DNA from: Alphaproteobacteria bacterium
GTDB lineage: Bacteria; Pseudomonadota; Alphaproteobacteria; JAPULJ01
Assembly: GCA_037387885.1 (NCBI GenBank)
Contig: JARRKQ010000015.1
Span: forward strand, 1-55,646
DNA length: 55,646 nt
Direction of reading: 5' to 3'
This document shows positions 34,979 to 46,624 of this stretch, piece after piece. The position numbers were made by a program, and so were the translations under genes. Positions within the stretch are counted from its first letter, which is position 1. Each line of letters starts with the position of its first letter. The notes beneath the pieces were generated by a model that was not told the origin of the DNA, searched no databases, and saw nothing but the letters and a program-made list of their open reading frames with translations.

Positions 34979-36283
34979 CTACTTCATAGTTGCGAAGCGG
35001 GGCTTGGCGCAGTTACCGCAGACCCAAGGATAGGTCCAATTGGCGGTGAGCTTCGCGCTTGCCGGGATGTAGTTGCTCCAGGCGTCGCCCTTGACCACAC
35101 TCTTTGTCTGCCAAACGATCTCGAACTGGCCGTTCGGCTGGATCTCACCGATCATCACCGGTTTGGAGAGGTGATGGTTGGTGTTCATGGTGACCGTGTA
35201 GCCGGAGAGCGAACGGGCCTTCTGCCCATACATCGCCTGGCGCACGGCATCGACATTCGTGGTGCCGGCCTGTTCGACCGCTTGCACCCACATCTGGAAG
35301 CCGATGTAGTGGGCCTCCATCGGGTCGTTGACGACGCGCTTCTTTGACTTGATGAACTTGTGCCACTTCGCGATGAAGGCGGCGTTCTCAGGCTTCTTCA
35401 CCGACATGAAGTAGTTCCAGGCGGCGAGATGGCCGACCAGCGGCTTGGTGTCGATGCCCGAAAGCTCTTCCTCGCCGACCGAGAAGGCGACGACGGGAAT
35501 GTCTTCCGCCTTGATGCCTTGGTTGCCGAGCTCCTTGTAGAACGGCACGTTGGCGTCGCCGTTGATCGTGGAAACGACCGCCGTCTTCTTGCCCTGCGAG
35601 GCGAACTTCTTCACCTGGGCGACGATGGTCTGCCAGTCGGAATGACCGAACGGCGTATAGTTCTCCATGATGTCGGCTTCCTTCACGCCCTTGGCCTTCA
35701 GGAAGGCGCGGAGGATCTTATTCGTGGTGCGCGGATAGACGTAGTCGGTTCCCAGCAACACCCAGCGCTTCACCGAGCCGCCGTCCTCGCTCATGAGGTA
35801 TTCGACCGCAGGGATCGCCTGCTGGTTGGGCGCGGCGCCAGTGTAGAAGACGTTGCGCGAGCTTTCCTCGCCCTCGTACTGGACGGGATAGAAGAGCATG
35901 CCGTTGTTCTTCTCCACCACCGGCAGCACGGATTTGCGCGAGACCGAGGTCCAGCAACCGAAGACGACCGCGACCTTCTCCTTGACCAGGAGCTCGCGCA
36001 TCTTCTCGGCGAAAAGCGGCCAGTTCGACGCCGGATCGACGACCACCGGCACCAGCTTGCGACCGAGAATGCCACCCTTGGCGTTCTGGTCCTTGATCAT
36101 CATCAGGACCGTGTCCTTGAGTGTCGTCTCGCTGATCGCCATGGTGCCCGACAGCGAGTGCAGAATGCCGACCTTGATCGGTGGTTTTTCGGCGACCGCC
36201 GCGGTGCTTGCCAGCGCCAATACCGAAGCGGCCAGCGCGGCCGTTCCAAGGCGACGCAGTCGCCTTGTGATCTGTTGATGCAT
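34979..36283 (-). CDS. urtA: Urea ABC transporter substrate-binding protein UrtA
   Basis: KVGILHSLSGTMAISE, FGCWTSVSRK, YPVQYEG and GTDYVYPR; start 36283 after a GAGGAGG RBS. Confidence 0.95.
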   Translation of the reverse strand: MHQQITRRLRRLGTAALAASVLALASTAAVAEKPPIKVGILHSLSGTMAISETTLKDTVLMMIKDQNAKGGILGRKLVPVVVDPASNWPLFAEKMRELLVKEKVAVVFGCWTSVSRKSVLPVVEKNNGMLFYPVQYEGEESSRNVFYTGAAPNQQAIPAVEYLMSEDGGSVKRWVLLGTDYVYPRTTNKILRAFLKAKGVKEADIMENYTPFGHSDWQTIVAQVKKFASQGKKTAVVSTINGDANVPFYKELGNQGIKAEDIPVVAFSVGEEELSGIDTKPLVGHLAAWNYFMSVKKPENAAFIAKWHKFIKSKKRVVNDPMEAHYIGFQMWVQAVEQAGTTNVDAVRQAMYGQKARSLSGYTVTMNTNHHLSKPVMIGEIQPNGQFEIVWQTKSVVKGDAWSNYIPASAKLTANWTYPWVCGNCAKPRFATMK

Positions 36284-36343
36284 TGTCAAACCTCCTCTCG
36301 TCTCACCTGTTCGCAGCCTTGATGCCGCTTTCAACTGAGCAAT

Positions 36344-36359
36344 TGCACTAACCGTGCCA
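36344..36359 (-). promoter_or_regulatory. Sigma54 (-24/-12) promoter of the urt-ure operon
   Basis: The minus strand reads TGGCAC-GGTTA-GTGCA. Confidence 0.75.
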
Positions 36360-36456
36360 GGGAGAGGATGACAACGCGGCGACTCTGTATCTATTTGTGA
36401 ACAAAGAAATAATTTCGATTCAGTCGGCCGTGTGGCCACGTCTCGTCTTTACGGGA

Positions 36457-36541
36457 AGCCTAATTATAGTGCACCGCAATGATGATTGATTAATATTTGA
36501 CCAATCATATCGGATTCTCAGATTTGCCTAATTGTTGGGCG
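36457..36541. promoter_or_regulatory. NtrC-like upstream activator sites
   Basis: AGCCTAATTATAGTGCA (36457-36473) and TGCCTAATTGTTGGGCG (36525-36541), 100-180 bp upstream of the sigma54 promoter. Confidence 0.6.
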
Positions 36542-36677
36542 ATTTCGATGCGTGCTATTGGGATATTTGCGGACGTATCGGGCGCACCGAATGCCTGTCC
36601 GCCGCACGAGAGGCGTCCGCGTCCGAACATGGAAATCAAAACCCGATGTCCGCATTGCTTGCGCGTGTGCACCAAGC

Positions 36678-37334
36678 TCAATCTGATACTAGGCCGATCC
36701 GTTCGAGCAGCGTCTTGCGCTTCGGCTCGTCGCGTGCGCCCAAACCCCAGGGTGCCGGCGCGCTCGCGACAATCTGGCTGAAGAGCCGGTCGAACTCGCC
36801 CTTGGGATTGTCGCCGAAGATCGGATCTTCGTTCTCTCCGAATGCCTGGTCGATCGCTTCCCAATCTGTCTCGGTCAGCTTGGCGCGAGCGACCGGCAGG
36901 ATCTCCGTCTCTTCCAGGCGCATGTGTTCCCACTGCAGCGTGATGTAGTCGCGCGCCGCCGCTTCGAACTTATCGAAGCCATTTTCAGGATCGGCCTGCC
37001 AATCGGACAACGCATCCCTCAGCGCTTTGGTCATCCGCACCACGTTTTCATGCTGCTCCTGAAGCTCGCCTATCAACTCCGCTGCTTTCGGATCGCGCTG
37101 GGCAACCGCCGGAAACAGATAATCGTCCTCCTTGGGATGGTGGAACCGGTCGGGAAACTCAGCCAGGTAGCGCAAGAGCAGCTCGAATGCATCGAACGGC
37201 GGATCGAGCGAATGGTCGCGCACTTCGTTCAGGAGATGCTCGAAACAATGCACCACTGCCGCCAGGGCACGGTGCTCGTTGCGGATGATGTCGAACCCTT
37301 TGTGGTGTCCGGCGGCTTTGGTGTGACTGGTCAT
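36678..37334 (-). CDS. Hemerythrin (HHE) domain protein
   Basis: EHRAL, FHHPKEDDYLFP, QEQH and WEHMRLEE motifs; start 37334 after a GGAGG RBS. Confidence 0.88.
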   Translation of the reverse strand: MTSHTKAAGHHKGFDIIRNEHRALAAVVHCFEHLLNEVRDHSLDPPFDAFELLLRYLAEFPDRFHHPKEDDYLFPAVAQRDPKAAELIGELQEQHENVVRMTKALRDALSDWQADPENGFDKFEAAARDYITLQWEHMRLEETEILPVARAKLTETDWEAIDQAFGENEDPIFGDNPKGEFDRLFSQIVASAPAPWGLGARDEPKRKTLLERIGLVSD

Positions 37335-37411
37335 TTCCAATCCTCCAGCCGAGGCTTGACGGTCGGCGCCGCAATTGACGAGCAGCATAGGCGAGGGCAG
37401 GGCGCGCCCCA

Positions 37412-37425
37412 TTGATTGAGGTCAA
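37412..37425. promoter_or_regulatory. Fnr/Dnr box
   Basis: TTGAT-TGAG-GTCAA upstream of the hemerythrin gene. Confidence 0.75.
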
Positions 37426-37449
37426 CTTGGCGGCTCGGCGCAACGGCGG

Positions 37450-39054
37450 CTAGTGGCTGGTGCCTTCGGAGCGGGTGATCTTGTTGTAGACGTTGTACTT
37501 GCCCGAGGGCTTGCGCATGGGGATGCGCTTGACCTCTTTCAGCGTCCGCGCGTCGTAGACGACGAGCGCGCCGTCCATGTGCCAGACGCTGACCAGCGCG
37601 TAGCGGCCATCGCGGGTGAACTCGACATGGGCGGCGGTCTTGCCAGGGGCGGGCCTCAGATCCTTCACGATCTCCAGCGTGCGCTTGTCGATCACATGGA
37701 CGACGTCGCGGTGCGGGCCGAAGAAGACATCGACGAAGGCGTAGCGCGATTTCTCGTGGCTGCGCATGAAAAAGCCGGGCCCCTTCGTCTTGATGCGCTT
37801 AATGGTCTTCCAGCTCTCCATGTCGATGACGCTGACCGTGCCAGTGCGCAAATGCGGTGTCGCCATGACGCGCCGGCCCCGCCATTTCCAGGTGATGCCC
37901 GAGCCCAGATGCGGCAGGCCGTCGAGTTCGAGATCGGCGATCTTGCGCCGGACGTTGAGATTGTAGACGGCGCCGCCCGCCGTGCCGCCGCGCGCGGCGC
38001 CAATCACTTGTGAGTAGTCGGGGCTGAAGAAGAAATCGTCGAAGTAGCTTTCGAGCTTGATGCGCCGGCGGGCGAAGGGCTGCTTCTCCGCCGCAATGCC
38101 CTCGACGTTGCCTTCGCGGTAGTTGTGCACGAGCCCGTCATAGACCGGCTTGGCCTTGGGGTCGTAGGACATCTCCCACAGCTCTTTCACGTCCTTGAGC
38201 GCGACGACGAAGCTCTTGCGGGGGGCGGCGTCATAGACCGCGCTCACCCGCGAGCTCCGGCCCTTGCGGTCGGTTACCGCAATGACGCGGAAGGGGCTGA
38301 GGTCGCGCGCATGCAGGATGACCAGGGTATGCGGCAAGTAGTTGCCGACCATCACCCATTTGCCGTCGGAGGAGACGGCGATGTTGCGGGTGTTGATGCC
38401 GGCACGGATCTCGGCGACGACCTTGAGATTCCAGAGATCGTACTTGGTCACCCAGCCATCGCGCGAGCCGAAGTAGACGAAGCGGCCCTTGGGCGAGAAT
38501 TTCGGCCCGCCATGGAGCGCGAAGCGCGAGCGGAAGCGCGTGATCGGCGTGAAGCGGTCGCCGTCGAGGATGGTGACGTGATGATCGCCCGATTCGACGA
38601 CGACGAAGAGGTTGAGCGGATCGGCCTTGAAGACCGGCTTGGCCGGCAGCGCGAGCGCCTTCGCATGGACGACGTGGCTCGCCATGATCTCCTTCAGCGT
38701 CCAGCGTGGCGCGACCTTTGGCTTCGTGTAGATGAACTTCACGATGCCGGCGACCTCGGGTTTGGAGATCGTCTTGCCGAAGGCGGGCATTTGGGTCGCC
38801 GGGCGGCCGTGCGCGATCACCCCGGCGGCCCGCGATTTGCGCAGGCGCCGCAGGTTCTCCGGCAGCAGCGCCGGGCCCTTGCCGCCCAGCCGGTCGGACC
38901 CGTGGCAGACCGCGCAGTGCTGGTAGTAGAGTGCGCGGGCCTTGTCGTCTGAGACAGGCGTCACCTTGGCCTGCTCGGCCGCGCCGGCAGCAACGCTGCC
39001 TGTGACGATCAGCGCGGCTATTGCCGCGGCACAACGGCTAGACCGCGCGCGCAT
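37450..39054 (-). CDS. nirN: Dihydro-heme d1 dehydrogenase NirN
   Basis: Signal peptide from ATG 39054, CAVCH heme c motif, ALHGGPKFS, d1 propeller and PSGKYNV; in frame with nirJ as assembled. Confidence 0.9.
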   Translation of the reverse strand: MRARSSRCAAAIAALIVTGSVAAGAAEQAKVTPVSDDKARALYYQHCAVCHGSDRLGGKGPALLPENLRRLRKSRAAGVIAHGRPATQMPAFGKTISKPEVAGIVKFIYTKPKVAPRWTLKEIMASHVVHAKALALPAKPVFKADPLNLFVVVESGDHHVTILDGDRFTPITRFRSRFALHGGPKFSPKGRFVYFGSRDGWVTKYDLWNLKVVAEIRAGINTRNIAVSSDGKWVMVGNYLPHTLVILHARDLSPFRVIAVTDRKGRSSRVSAVYDAAPRKSFVVALKDVKELWEMSYDPKAKPVYDGLVHNYREGNVEGIAAEKQPFARRRIKLESYFDDFFFSPDYSQVIGAARGGTAGGAVYNLNVRRKIADLELDGLPHLGSGITWKWRGRRVMATPHLRTGTVSVIDMESWKTIKRIKTKGPGFFMRSHEKSRYAFVDVFFGPHRDVVHVIDKRTLEIVKDLRPAPGKTAAHVEFTRDGRYALVSVWHMDGALVVYDARTLKEVKRIPMRKPSGKYNVYNKITRSEGTSH

Positions 39055-40242
39055 GATCGGCCTTGCGGCTGTAGGGCTCGACGGACCTGCGCGGCGTTTG
39101 GCGTCGAGCCCGATCTCCGCATCGCTCAGATAGCAGCCAGGGTCCTCGTCCCAGGGATCGCCGGCGAGCTGGAGCGCGCGGACCCGTGTGTTGCCGCCGC
39201 AGATATCGAAATGCGCGCAGGCAGAGCAACGGCCCTTGATGGCGCGCGGCTTGGCCTTGAGGCCACGCATGATCGGGTCGCTGACGTCCGGCCAGATCTC
39301 CGAGAACGGCCGCTTGCGGACATTGCCGAGCCGGTAGTGCCACCAGAAGGTGTCCGGGTGGACGTCGCCGACATTGTCGATATTGGCGACGTTGACGCCG
39401 GAGGAATTGCCGCCCCATTGAACGAGCTTGGTGCGCAGATGCTCGGTGGACTGGGGGAAACGCTCGGCCGCCCAGTGCAGCAGATAGACGCCGTCGGCGT
39501 CGTTGTTGCCGGTGACGAACTCCTTGCCGGTGCCGTTCTTGGCGTGCTCGTAGGCGGTGTCGAAGAGCAGGTCCATCGACGCGCGCGTCGCCCTGAAATG
39601 GGCATCGTCCTGGCGGTTCTTGTTGCCGCGTCCGGCGTAGTTGAGGTGCGAGAGATAGAACTTGTCGATCTCCTCGCGGCGCATCAGCGACAGAAGCTCG
39701 GGCAGGTCGTTCTGGTTGTCCTTCGTGAGCGTGAAGCGGATACCGACCTTGATGCCGTTTTCGTGGCAGAGACGGATGCCGTTCATCGAGGCGTCGAACG
39801 CGCCCTCCTTGCGGCGGAAGGCGTCGTGTGTGGCGCCGATGCCGTCGAGGGAGATGCCGACATAGTCGTAGCCGACATCCGCGATGGCACCGATGTTGGT
39901 CTCGTCGATCAGTGTGCCGTTGGAGGAGAGCCCGACATAGAAGCCCATCGCCTTGGCGCGGCGCGAGACCTCAAAGATATCGGAGCGCAGCAAAGGCTCG
40001 CCGCCGGAGAGGATGAGGACGGGCACCCGGAAGGCCTTGAGGTCGTCCATGACGCCGTAGACTTCCTGCGTCGAAAGCTCGCCCGGGAAATCGACGTCGG
40101 CGGAGATCGAGTAGCAGTGCTTGCAGGTCAGGTTGCAGCGCCGGATCAGGTTCCAGATGACGACGGGGCCCGGCGGTTTGCGCGCCGGTCCGAGCGGCGT
40201 CGGCGATACGATCTCGCGCATATACTGGCTGACACGGAACAT
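39038..40242 (-). CDS. nirJ: Heme d1 biosynthesis radical SAM protein NirJ
   Basis: MFRVSQY, WNLIRRCNLTCKHCY, SGGEPL, TGNNDADG and SPASM Cys motif; the natural stop is probably TAG at 39038 in a shifted frame. Confidence 0.9.
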
Positions 40243-40258
40243 GGGCGGTTGTGCTCCT

Positions 40259-40765
40259 TCAGGCGCTGAGCCGGAGGCCGGTCTTCTTGAGGATGCGGGT
40301 GCTGTAGAGCACCTCGTGGCCGCGATCGGCCGCGCCCAGGATCTCGGCGATGCGGGCAACCTTGCGCTCGACCTCCTCTCGGGCGCGGCCGTGCACCATG
40401 GCGAAGAGGTTGTAGGGCCAGAGCGGCAGATGGCGTGGCCGCCGGTAACAATGCGAGACGAAATCGAGCGTGCCGATTTCGTGACCCAATTCGTGGGCGC
40501 GCTCGTCGGGCACGTCCCAAACCGACATGCCGTTGGCTTCGAAGCCGAGCGCATAGTGGTTCGGCACAACGCTGATGCGGCGGATCACGCCGCGTTCGAG
40601 CATCGCGCGCATGCGGGCCATGACGTCGTCGGGCGTGAGACCGAGCTCGACCGCCAGCTCGTGATAGGGGCGCGGCGTCAACGGCAGGCCTTCCTGGGTC
40701 GCCTCGATGATGCGGCGGTCCATTGCGTCGACGGGCGGTTCGGTTCTGTTGGGTTGTGCGGTCAT
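40259..40765 (-). CDS. nirH: Siroheme decarboxylase subunit NirH
   Basis: QEGLPLTPRPY, NGMSVWDV, SHCYRRPR..WPYNLFAMVHG and ILKKTG. Confidence 0.9.
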   Translation of the reverse strand: MTAQPNRTEPPVDAMDRRIIEATQEGLPLTPRPYHELAVELGLTPDDVMARMRAMLERGVIRRISVVPNHYALGFEANGMSVWDVPDERAHELGHEIGTLDFVSHCYRRPRHLPLWPYNLFAMVHGRAREEVERKVARIAEILGAADRGHEVLYSTRILKKTGLRLSA

Positions 40766-41205
40766 AGGTTGAAGTGGAGTCCGATGAAGAACTCCTCCTC
40801 CTTGGGCATGTCGTAGACGGTGAGCCCGGTCTTCGCCTCGATTTCGGCGAGCACGGTGGCCTTACGGGCCGGGTCGTCGGTCGCGATTACGAACCACATG
40901 TTGAGGGCGTGCACGCGCTCGTAGTTATGCGCGACCTCCGGGAAGGCGTTGACGATCTCGGCGACCTCGTCGTAACGCTCGGCCGGGACTGCGAGTGCGG
41001 CGAGGGTGAGCGCGCCGCCCATCGCCTCGGCGTTGTAGAGCGGGCCGAAGCGCGTCAGCGTGCCGGCGTCGAGCATGTCCCCGATGCGCTCGATCAGCTC
41101 GTCTTCTTCGATGCCGACGCGCATGGCGGCCTCGGCGTAAGGCCGCTCGGCAATCGGAAAGCCGCCCTGGAAGGCGTTGATGATGCGGCGGTTGACGGCG
41201 TCCAT
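40762..41205 (-). CDS. nirG: Siroheme decarboxylase subunit NirG
   Basis: QGGFPIAERPY, RFGPLYNAE and EVAHNYERVHALNMWFV; start reassigned to 41205. Confidence 0.88.
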   Translation of the reverse strand: MDAVNRRIINAFQGGFPIAERPYAEAAMRVGIEEDELIERIGDMLDAGTLTRFGPLYNAEAMGGALTLAALAVPAERYDEVAEIVNAFPEVAHNYERVHALNMWFVIATDDPARKATVLAEIEAKTGLTVYDMPKEEEFFIGLHFNL

Positions 41206-41705
41206 CAGGCGCTCCGTTCTTCCGGCCCGCAGTATCGCGCGCCGCGCTGCTTGAAGCGGCGGCGGCTGAACAGGATCTCGCGTGCGATCCCGCCAAGATC
41301 GAGGTCCTCTGTGAGGTCGCCTACATGCGCCCGCGCCTCGCCCTGATCCTTGGCGTGGATCATGCAGAAGAGGTTGTAGGGCCAATCAGGCAGCCGCCGC
41401 GGCCGGCGATAGCAGAGGGTGACGAAGGGGAAGGTCGCCATCAGGCGGCCGATCTCGCCGACCTCGTCGTCGGGCACGTCCCAGACTACCATGGCGTTGG
41501 CGCGGTAGCCGAGCTCGTGGTGGCGGACGACCAGGCCGAAGCGCTTGATGAAGCCGCGGCGCTTCAAGCGCGCGATCACGTCGATCACGTCGGCTTCTGG
41601 GAGGCCCGCCCGCGCGCCCAGCACCTCATACGGCCGCGCGGTCAAGGGCAGGCCGCCCTCGATCAGCCGCAGCACCGTGCGCTCGGTCTCGCTCAGTCGT
41701 TCCAT
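41205..41705 (-). CDS. nirL: Siroheme decarboxylase subunit NirL
   Basis: RFGLVVRHHELGYRANAMVVWDV, TLCYRRPR and FSRRRFKQRGA. Confidence 0.88.
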   Translation of the reverse strand: MERLSETERTVLRLIEGGLPLTARPYEVLGARAGLPEADVIDVIARLKRRGFIKRFGLVVRHHELGYRANAMVVWDVPDDEVGEIGRLMATFPFVTLCYRRPRRLPDWPYNLFCMIHAKDQGEARAHVGDLTEDLDLGGIAREILFSRRRFKQRGARYCGPEERSA

Positions 41706-42196
41706 CGGACCTTGAACCCCAGATCGATGTGGTAGGCCTCCTCCAAGGGCAAATCCAAGACCTCGAGCCCGGTCGCGGCATTGATGTCGCGCAACGCCGC
41801 CTCGACCGCCTCGCGGCTCGGGCCAGTCACCACGAACCAGAGATTGAAGTCGTGCTCGCGCTCGTAGTTGTGATTGACGGCCTCGTGGCGGCTGACCAGA
41901 TCGGCAACCGCCTCAAGCCTGTCGGGGGGCACGGCCATCGCCGCGAGGGTGCTGGCGCCGACCCGGTTGGGCGGCACGACCGCGCCGATGCGGCTGAGCG
42001 CGCCCTGGGCCTCCAGGCGCTCCAGCGCGGCGATCACCTCTGCCTGCGTGACGTCGAGCGCCTCGGCCATGGCGGCGAAGGGGGCGGGGTCGAGCGGGAA
42101 GCCGTCCTGATAGCGATCGACGATCCGGCGTTCGAGATCGCCGGCGGCGGCCCTGGGAAGGTTCGAGATCGTCGGGGTGGTTTGTTGTTCGGCCAT
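41693..42196 (-). CDS. nirD: Siroheme decarboxylase subunit NirD
   Basis: YQDGFPL, GASTLAAM, VNHNYEREH and YHIDLGF. Confidence 0.88.
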   Translation of the reverse strand: MAEQQTTPTISNLPRAAAGDLERRIVDRYQDGFPLDPAPFAAMAEALDVTQAEVIAALERLEAQGALSRIGAVVPPNRVGASTLAAMAVPPDRLEAVADLVSRHEAVNHNYEREHDFNLWFVVTGPSREAVEAALRDINAATGLEVLDLPLEEAYHIDLGFKVRWND

Positions 42197-42205
42197 GCGC
42201 CGTCC

Positions 42206-43417
42206 CTAGAGACCCGTCTTGTGCGCGCGGGCGGAGAGGAAGATGCCGCTCGGCTTCTCCGCCGTGATCGCCGTCAGACGCTTGAAGGTGCGGGTGTCGT
42301 AGACGTCGACGCGGTCGGCGTCGCGCACCGAGACCCAGACCTGCTCGCCGCGCGGCGTGAACTCCATGTGGAGGATCGCCTTGCCGGGCTTGAACTCCTT
42401 GACGATTTTCATAGTCGCGACGTCGATCACCTGAAGCGTGTCGTTCAGGGGATGGGCGAAGTTGACCCAGACTTGCCGGCCGTCGGGGCGGGCCACGGCG
42501 AAGACCGGCTGACCGTGGACCTTTATGCGGGCGACCTCTTTCCAGCTTCGTGCATCGACGACCAACAGCTCGTGCCGGCCGATGGCGGGCAGGAAGAGCT
42601 TGCCGTCGGCCGCCGCCCAGCCTTCGAGGTGCGGCATCTTGTAGACGGGCAGCTTCTTCTCGCCGCGGCCGTAGCCGGCGAGGATGCGCGTCACGCCCTT
42701 CTCCGGATGCCAGAGATCGAGCTTGGCAAGCCCATCCTCGCCGAACAGGCCGGCGACGTATGTGCGGCCGTCGGGCGTGATGAGGCCATCGTAAGGTAGG
42801 GTGCCGATGCCTCTGTAGCGGGTGATCTTGGGTTTGGCGCCTCCGGAGAAATCGGCCATCCAGATCTCGCCCGCATCGTAGAGGCCGAAGACGAAACGCT
42901 GACCCGGTGCGTCGACCAGACCGATAACCTTGGAGCGTTTGCCATCCGCGCCTTTGGCCGGGATGTCGGCGACGGGGGCCAATGTCTCGGCATCGAACAC
43001 GCGCACGCCGCCCGGCTTGTAGTTCGAGACGGCGACCAGCGTGCCGTCCTGCGAGATCGCGCCGCCGATCGAGTTGCCGGCCTGCATCACGCGCTTGACG
43101 ATGCGCCCGGCGACGAGATCGACTTTGGTCAGCCCGCCGTCGCGGCCGAAGATGTAGGCGTAGCGCTGGTCGCGCGAGAAGACGGCCGACGCGTGCGAGA
43201 GGTCGCCGAACCCGCCGAGGCGCTTGAGGACGGTCCGGCGCGTGGTCTCGATGATCAGGATGCGGCCCTTGGTGCGCTCGATGATCAGGCCGAGATCGCC
43301 GGTGCCGCGGTTGGCACGCCATTCGGTGCTCTCTGCGCTGGCCGGTCCCGTGATGACAAACCCCAGCAGGGCCAGGCCCAGCAACCAGGCGATGGCGCCG
43401 CGTGCTCTAGCGTTCAT
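42206..43417 (-). CDS. nirF: Periplasmic heme d1 binding protein NirF
   Basis: RGTGDLG, GDLSHAS, FGRDGG, QAGNSIGG, YKMPHLEGW and PSGIF..RAH. Confidence 0.93.
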   Translation of the reverse strand: MNARARGAIAWLLGLALLGFVITGPASAESTEWRANRGTGDLGLIIERTKGRILIIETTRRTVLKRLGGFGDLSHASAVFSRDQRYAYIFGRDGGLTKVDLVAGRIVKRVMQAGNSIGGAISQDGTLVAVSNYKPGGVRVFDAETLAPVADIPAKGADGKRSKVIGLVDAPGQRFVFGLYDAGEIWMADFSGGAKPKITRYRGIGTLPYDGLITPDGRTYVAGLFGEDGLAKLDLWHPEKGVTRILAGYGRGEKKLPVYKMPHLEGWAAADGKLFLPAIGRHELLVVDARSWKEVARIKVHGQPVFAVARPDGRQVWVNFAHPLNDTLQVIDVATMKIVKEFKPGKAILHMEFTPRGEQVWVSVRDADRVDVYDTRTFKRLTAITAEKPSGIFLSARAHKTGL

Positions 43418-43760
43418 CTCTCAATCCCTTCTTCATTTCGCGCACCAGCCAAAAGGCTTCGTCGCGGCTGACCTCGAAGCTCCAGGGCGGCATCGGCCGG
43501 CCGGGCATGCCGTAGAGGATCACATGGACAAGCGTGTCGTCATCCTTGCCCTTGAGGGCCGCGGGCAGCAGCGACGGTCCGAGCCCGCCTTTCAGCGTGT
43601 AGCCGTGGCACGAGCCGCAATCCTGGCGGAGCCGGTAGATGAGCTCGGCCTGACGCGATTGCGACGGCGTATCTGCGCCCGACTGGGCATAAACGGCCGG
43701 GGCCGCAAGCATGAGCAACGCAGCGGCGGCAACAGCAATTCGGTCAAGCGCCTGCATCAT
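43407..43760 (-). CDS. nirC: Cytochrome c55X NirC
   Basis: Signal peptide, QDCGSCHG..LKGGLGP and PMPPW. Confidence 0.9.
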   Translation of the reverse strand: MMQALDRIAVAAAALLMLAAPAVYAQSGADTPSQSRQAELIYRLRQDCGSCHGYTLKGGLGPSLLPAALKGKDDDTLVHVILYGMPGRPMPPWSFEVSRDEAFWLVREMKKGLRDER

Positions 43761-44568
43761 GGCGGACCGTATCAGGGACCGCCGTCCTGTCACTGACGCA
43801 GGTCAATGTCTCGGCCAGGCCGACGACCCGGCCGATTACCGTCAGCATTGGCGGAACGAGCCCGGCTACCTCGATCCGCGTTCGAATATCAGCGAGCGTG
43901 CCGACGCAAACCTGCTCGCGCTCGGTCGTGCCGTTGGAGATCGCCGCGACGGGCGTTTCGGCGGGCAATCCAGCGGCCACGAGTTCGTCGATGATCTGAT
44001 CGATATTCGCGAGCCCCATATAGACGACGAGGGTCGTCTCCGGGTCGGCGAGGCCGGACCAATCGTAGTCGAGCGCCTGGTCGTCGCGGCAATGGCCGGC
44101 CAGAAAGCGCACGCCGCTCGCCGTGCCGCGATGGGTGAGCGGGATGCCGAGCGCGGCCGAGCATCCCGAGGCCGCTGTGACGCCCGGCACGATCTCGCAG
44201 GCGACACCGTGGGCGGCGAGCGCCTGCGCTTCCTCGTGGCCGCGGCCAAAAATGTAGGGGTCTCCACCCTTGAGGCGCACGACGACGCGCCCGGGCCGTG
44301 CCAGCCGGACCAGCAGCTCGTTGATCTCGTCCTGGGTCAGGTGGTGGGCGCCGCTCGCCTTGCCGGCAAAAATCTTGGCTGTGCCTTTGGGCACCAGCGC
44401 CATGATCTCCGGCGCGATCAGCCGGTCGTAGACCACGACGTCGGCGGTCTGTAACAGCTTCCACGCCCGCATCGTCAGCAGATCGGGGTCGCCCGGACCC
44501 GCGCCGACCAAATGAACGGTCGCGGGGCCTGCATCCAATTGCGGAAATTCTGTTCGCATGGTCACCAA
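43744..44568 (-). CDS. nirE: Uroporphyrinogen-III C-methyltransferase NirE
   Basis: LVGAGPGDPDLLT, RLKGGDPYIFGRG, PLTHRG and TLVVYMG. Confidence 0.92.
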   Translation of the reverse strand: MVTMRTEFPQLDAGPATVHLVGAGPGDPDLLTMRAWKLLQTADVVVYDRLIAPEIMALVPKGTAKIFAGKASGAHHLTQDEINELLVRLARPGRVVVRLKGGDPYIFGRGHEEAQALAAHGVACEIVPGVTAASGCSAALGIPLTHRGTASGVRFLAGHCRDDQALDYDWSGLADPETTLVVYMGLANIDQIIDELVAAGLPAETPVAAISNGTTEREQVCVGTLADIRTRIEVAGLVPPMLTVIGRVVGLAETLTCVSDRTAVPDTVRHDAGA

Positions 44569-44632
44569 TGCCTGCCTCCCGCGTCGTTTCGTCCGGGGCC
44601 TCGGTGGATCGGCGAATTCTCGTGGAGGAGAG

Positions 44633-44663
44633 CGGGGCCGGACGCATATTGCGCCCGGCCCCG
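44633..44663 (-). terminator. Stem-loop after nirS
   Basis: CGGGGCCGGACGCA-TAT-TGCGCCCGGCCCCG. Confidence 0.55.
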
Positions 44664-44670
44664 GCTTGCC

Positions 44671-46461
<1,791 letters not shown>

Positions 46462-46486
46462 CTAGCCAGCCAGGCCCAAGCCCGCC

Positions 46487-46500
46487 TTGACGGTTGTCAA
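46487..46500. promoter_or_regulatory. Dnr/NNR-type box upstream of nirS
   Basis: TTGAC-GGTT-GTCAA palindrome. Confidence 0.8.
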
Positions 46501-46532
46501 GCAACGCGGCATTTGACGCATCTCTCTGCATC

Positions 46533-46546
46533 TTGATGCCGATCAA
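46533..46546. promoter_or_regulatory. Fnr/Dnr box upstream of nirI
   Basis: Perfect TTGAT-GCCG-ATCAA. Confidence 0.85.
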
Positions 46547-46624
46547 GTGACGTCGAGGGGCGATCGCGTAGGGTTCCAGGCCTCAGTTGGGTCCCGGCCG
46601 CTCCGGGATCTTGGGGGACCGCCC

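Noticed and set aside
37450-40569. 1039-aa ORF taken as a single giant protein
   Set aside because: Its first ~109 codons overlap nirH in another frame; the rest is NirJ plus NirN, probably joined by a 1-bp error
43744-44568. Calling the methyltransferase cobA/cysG of B12 or siroheme synthesis
   Set aside because: Its position between nirS and nirC identifies it as nirE
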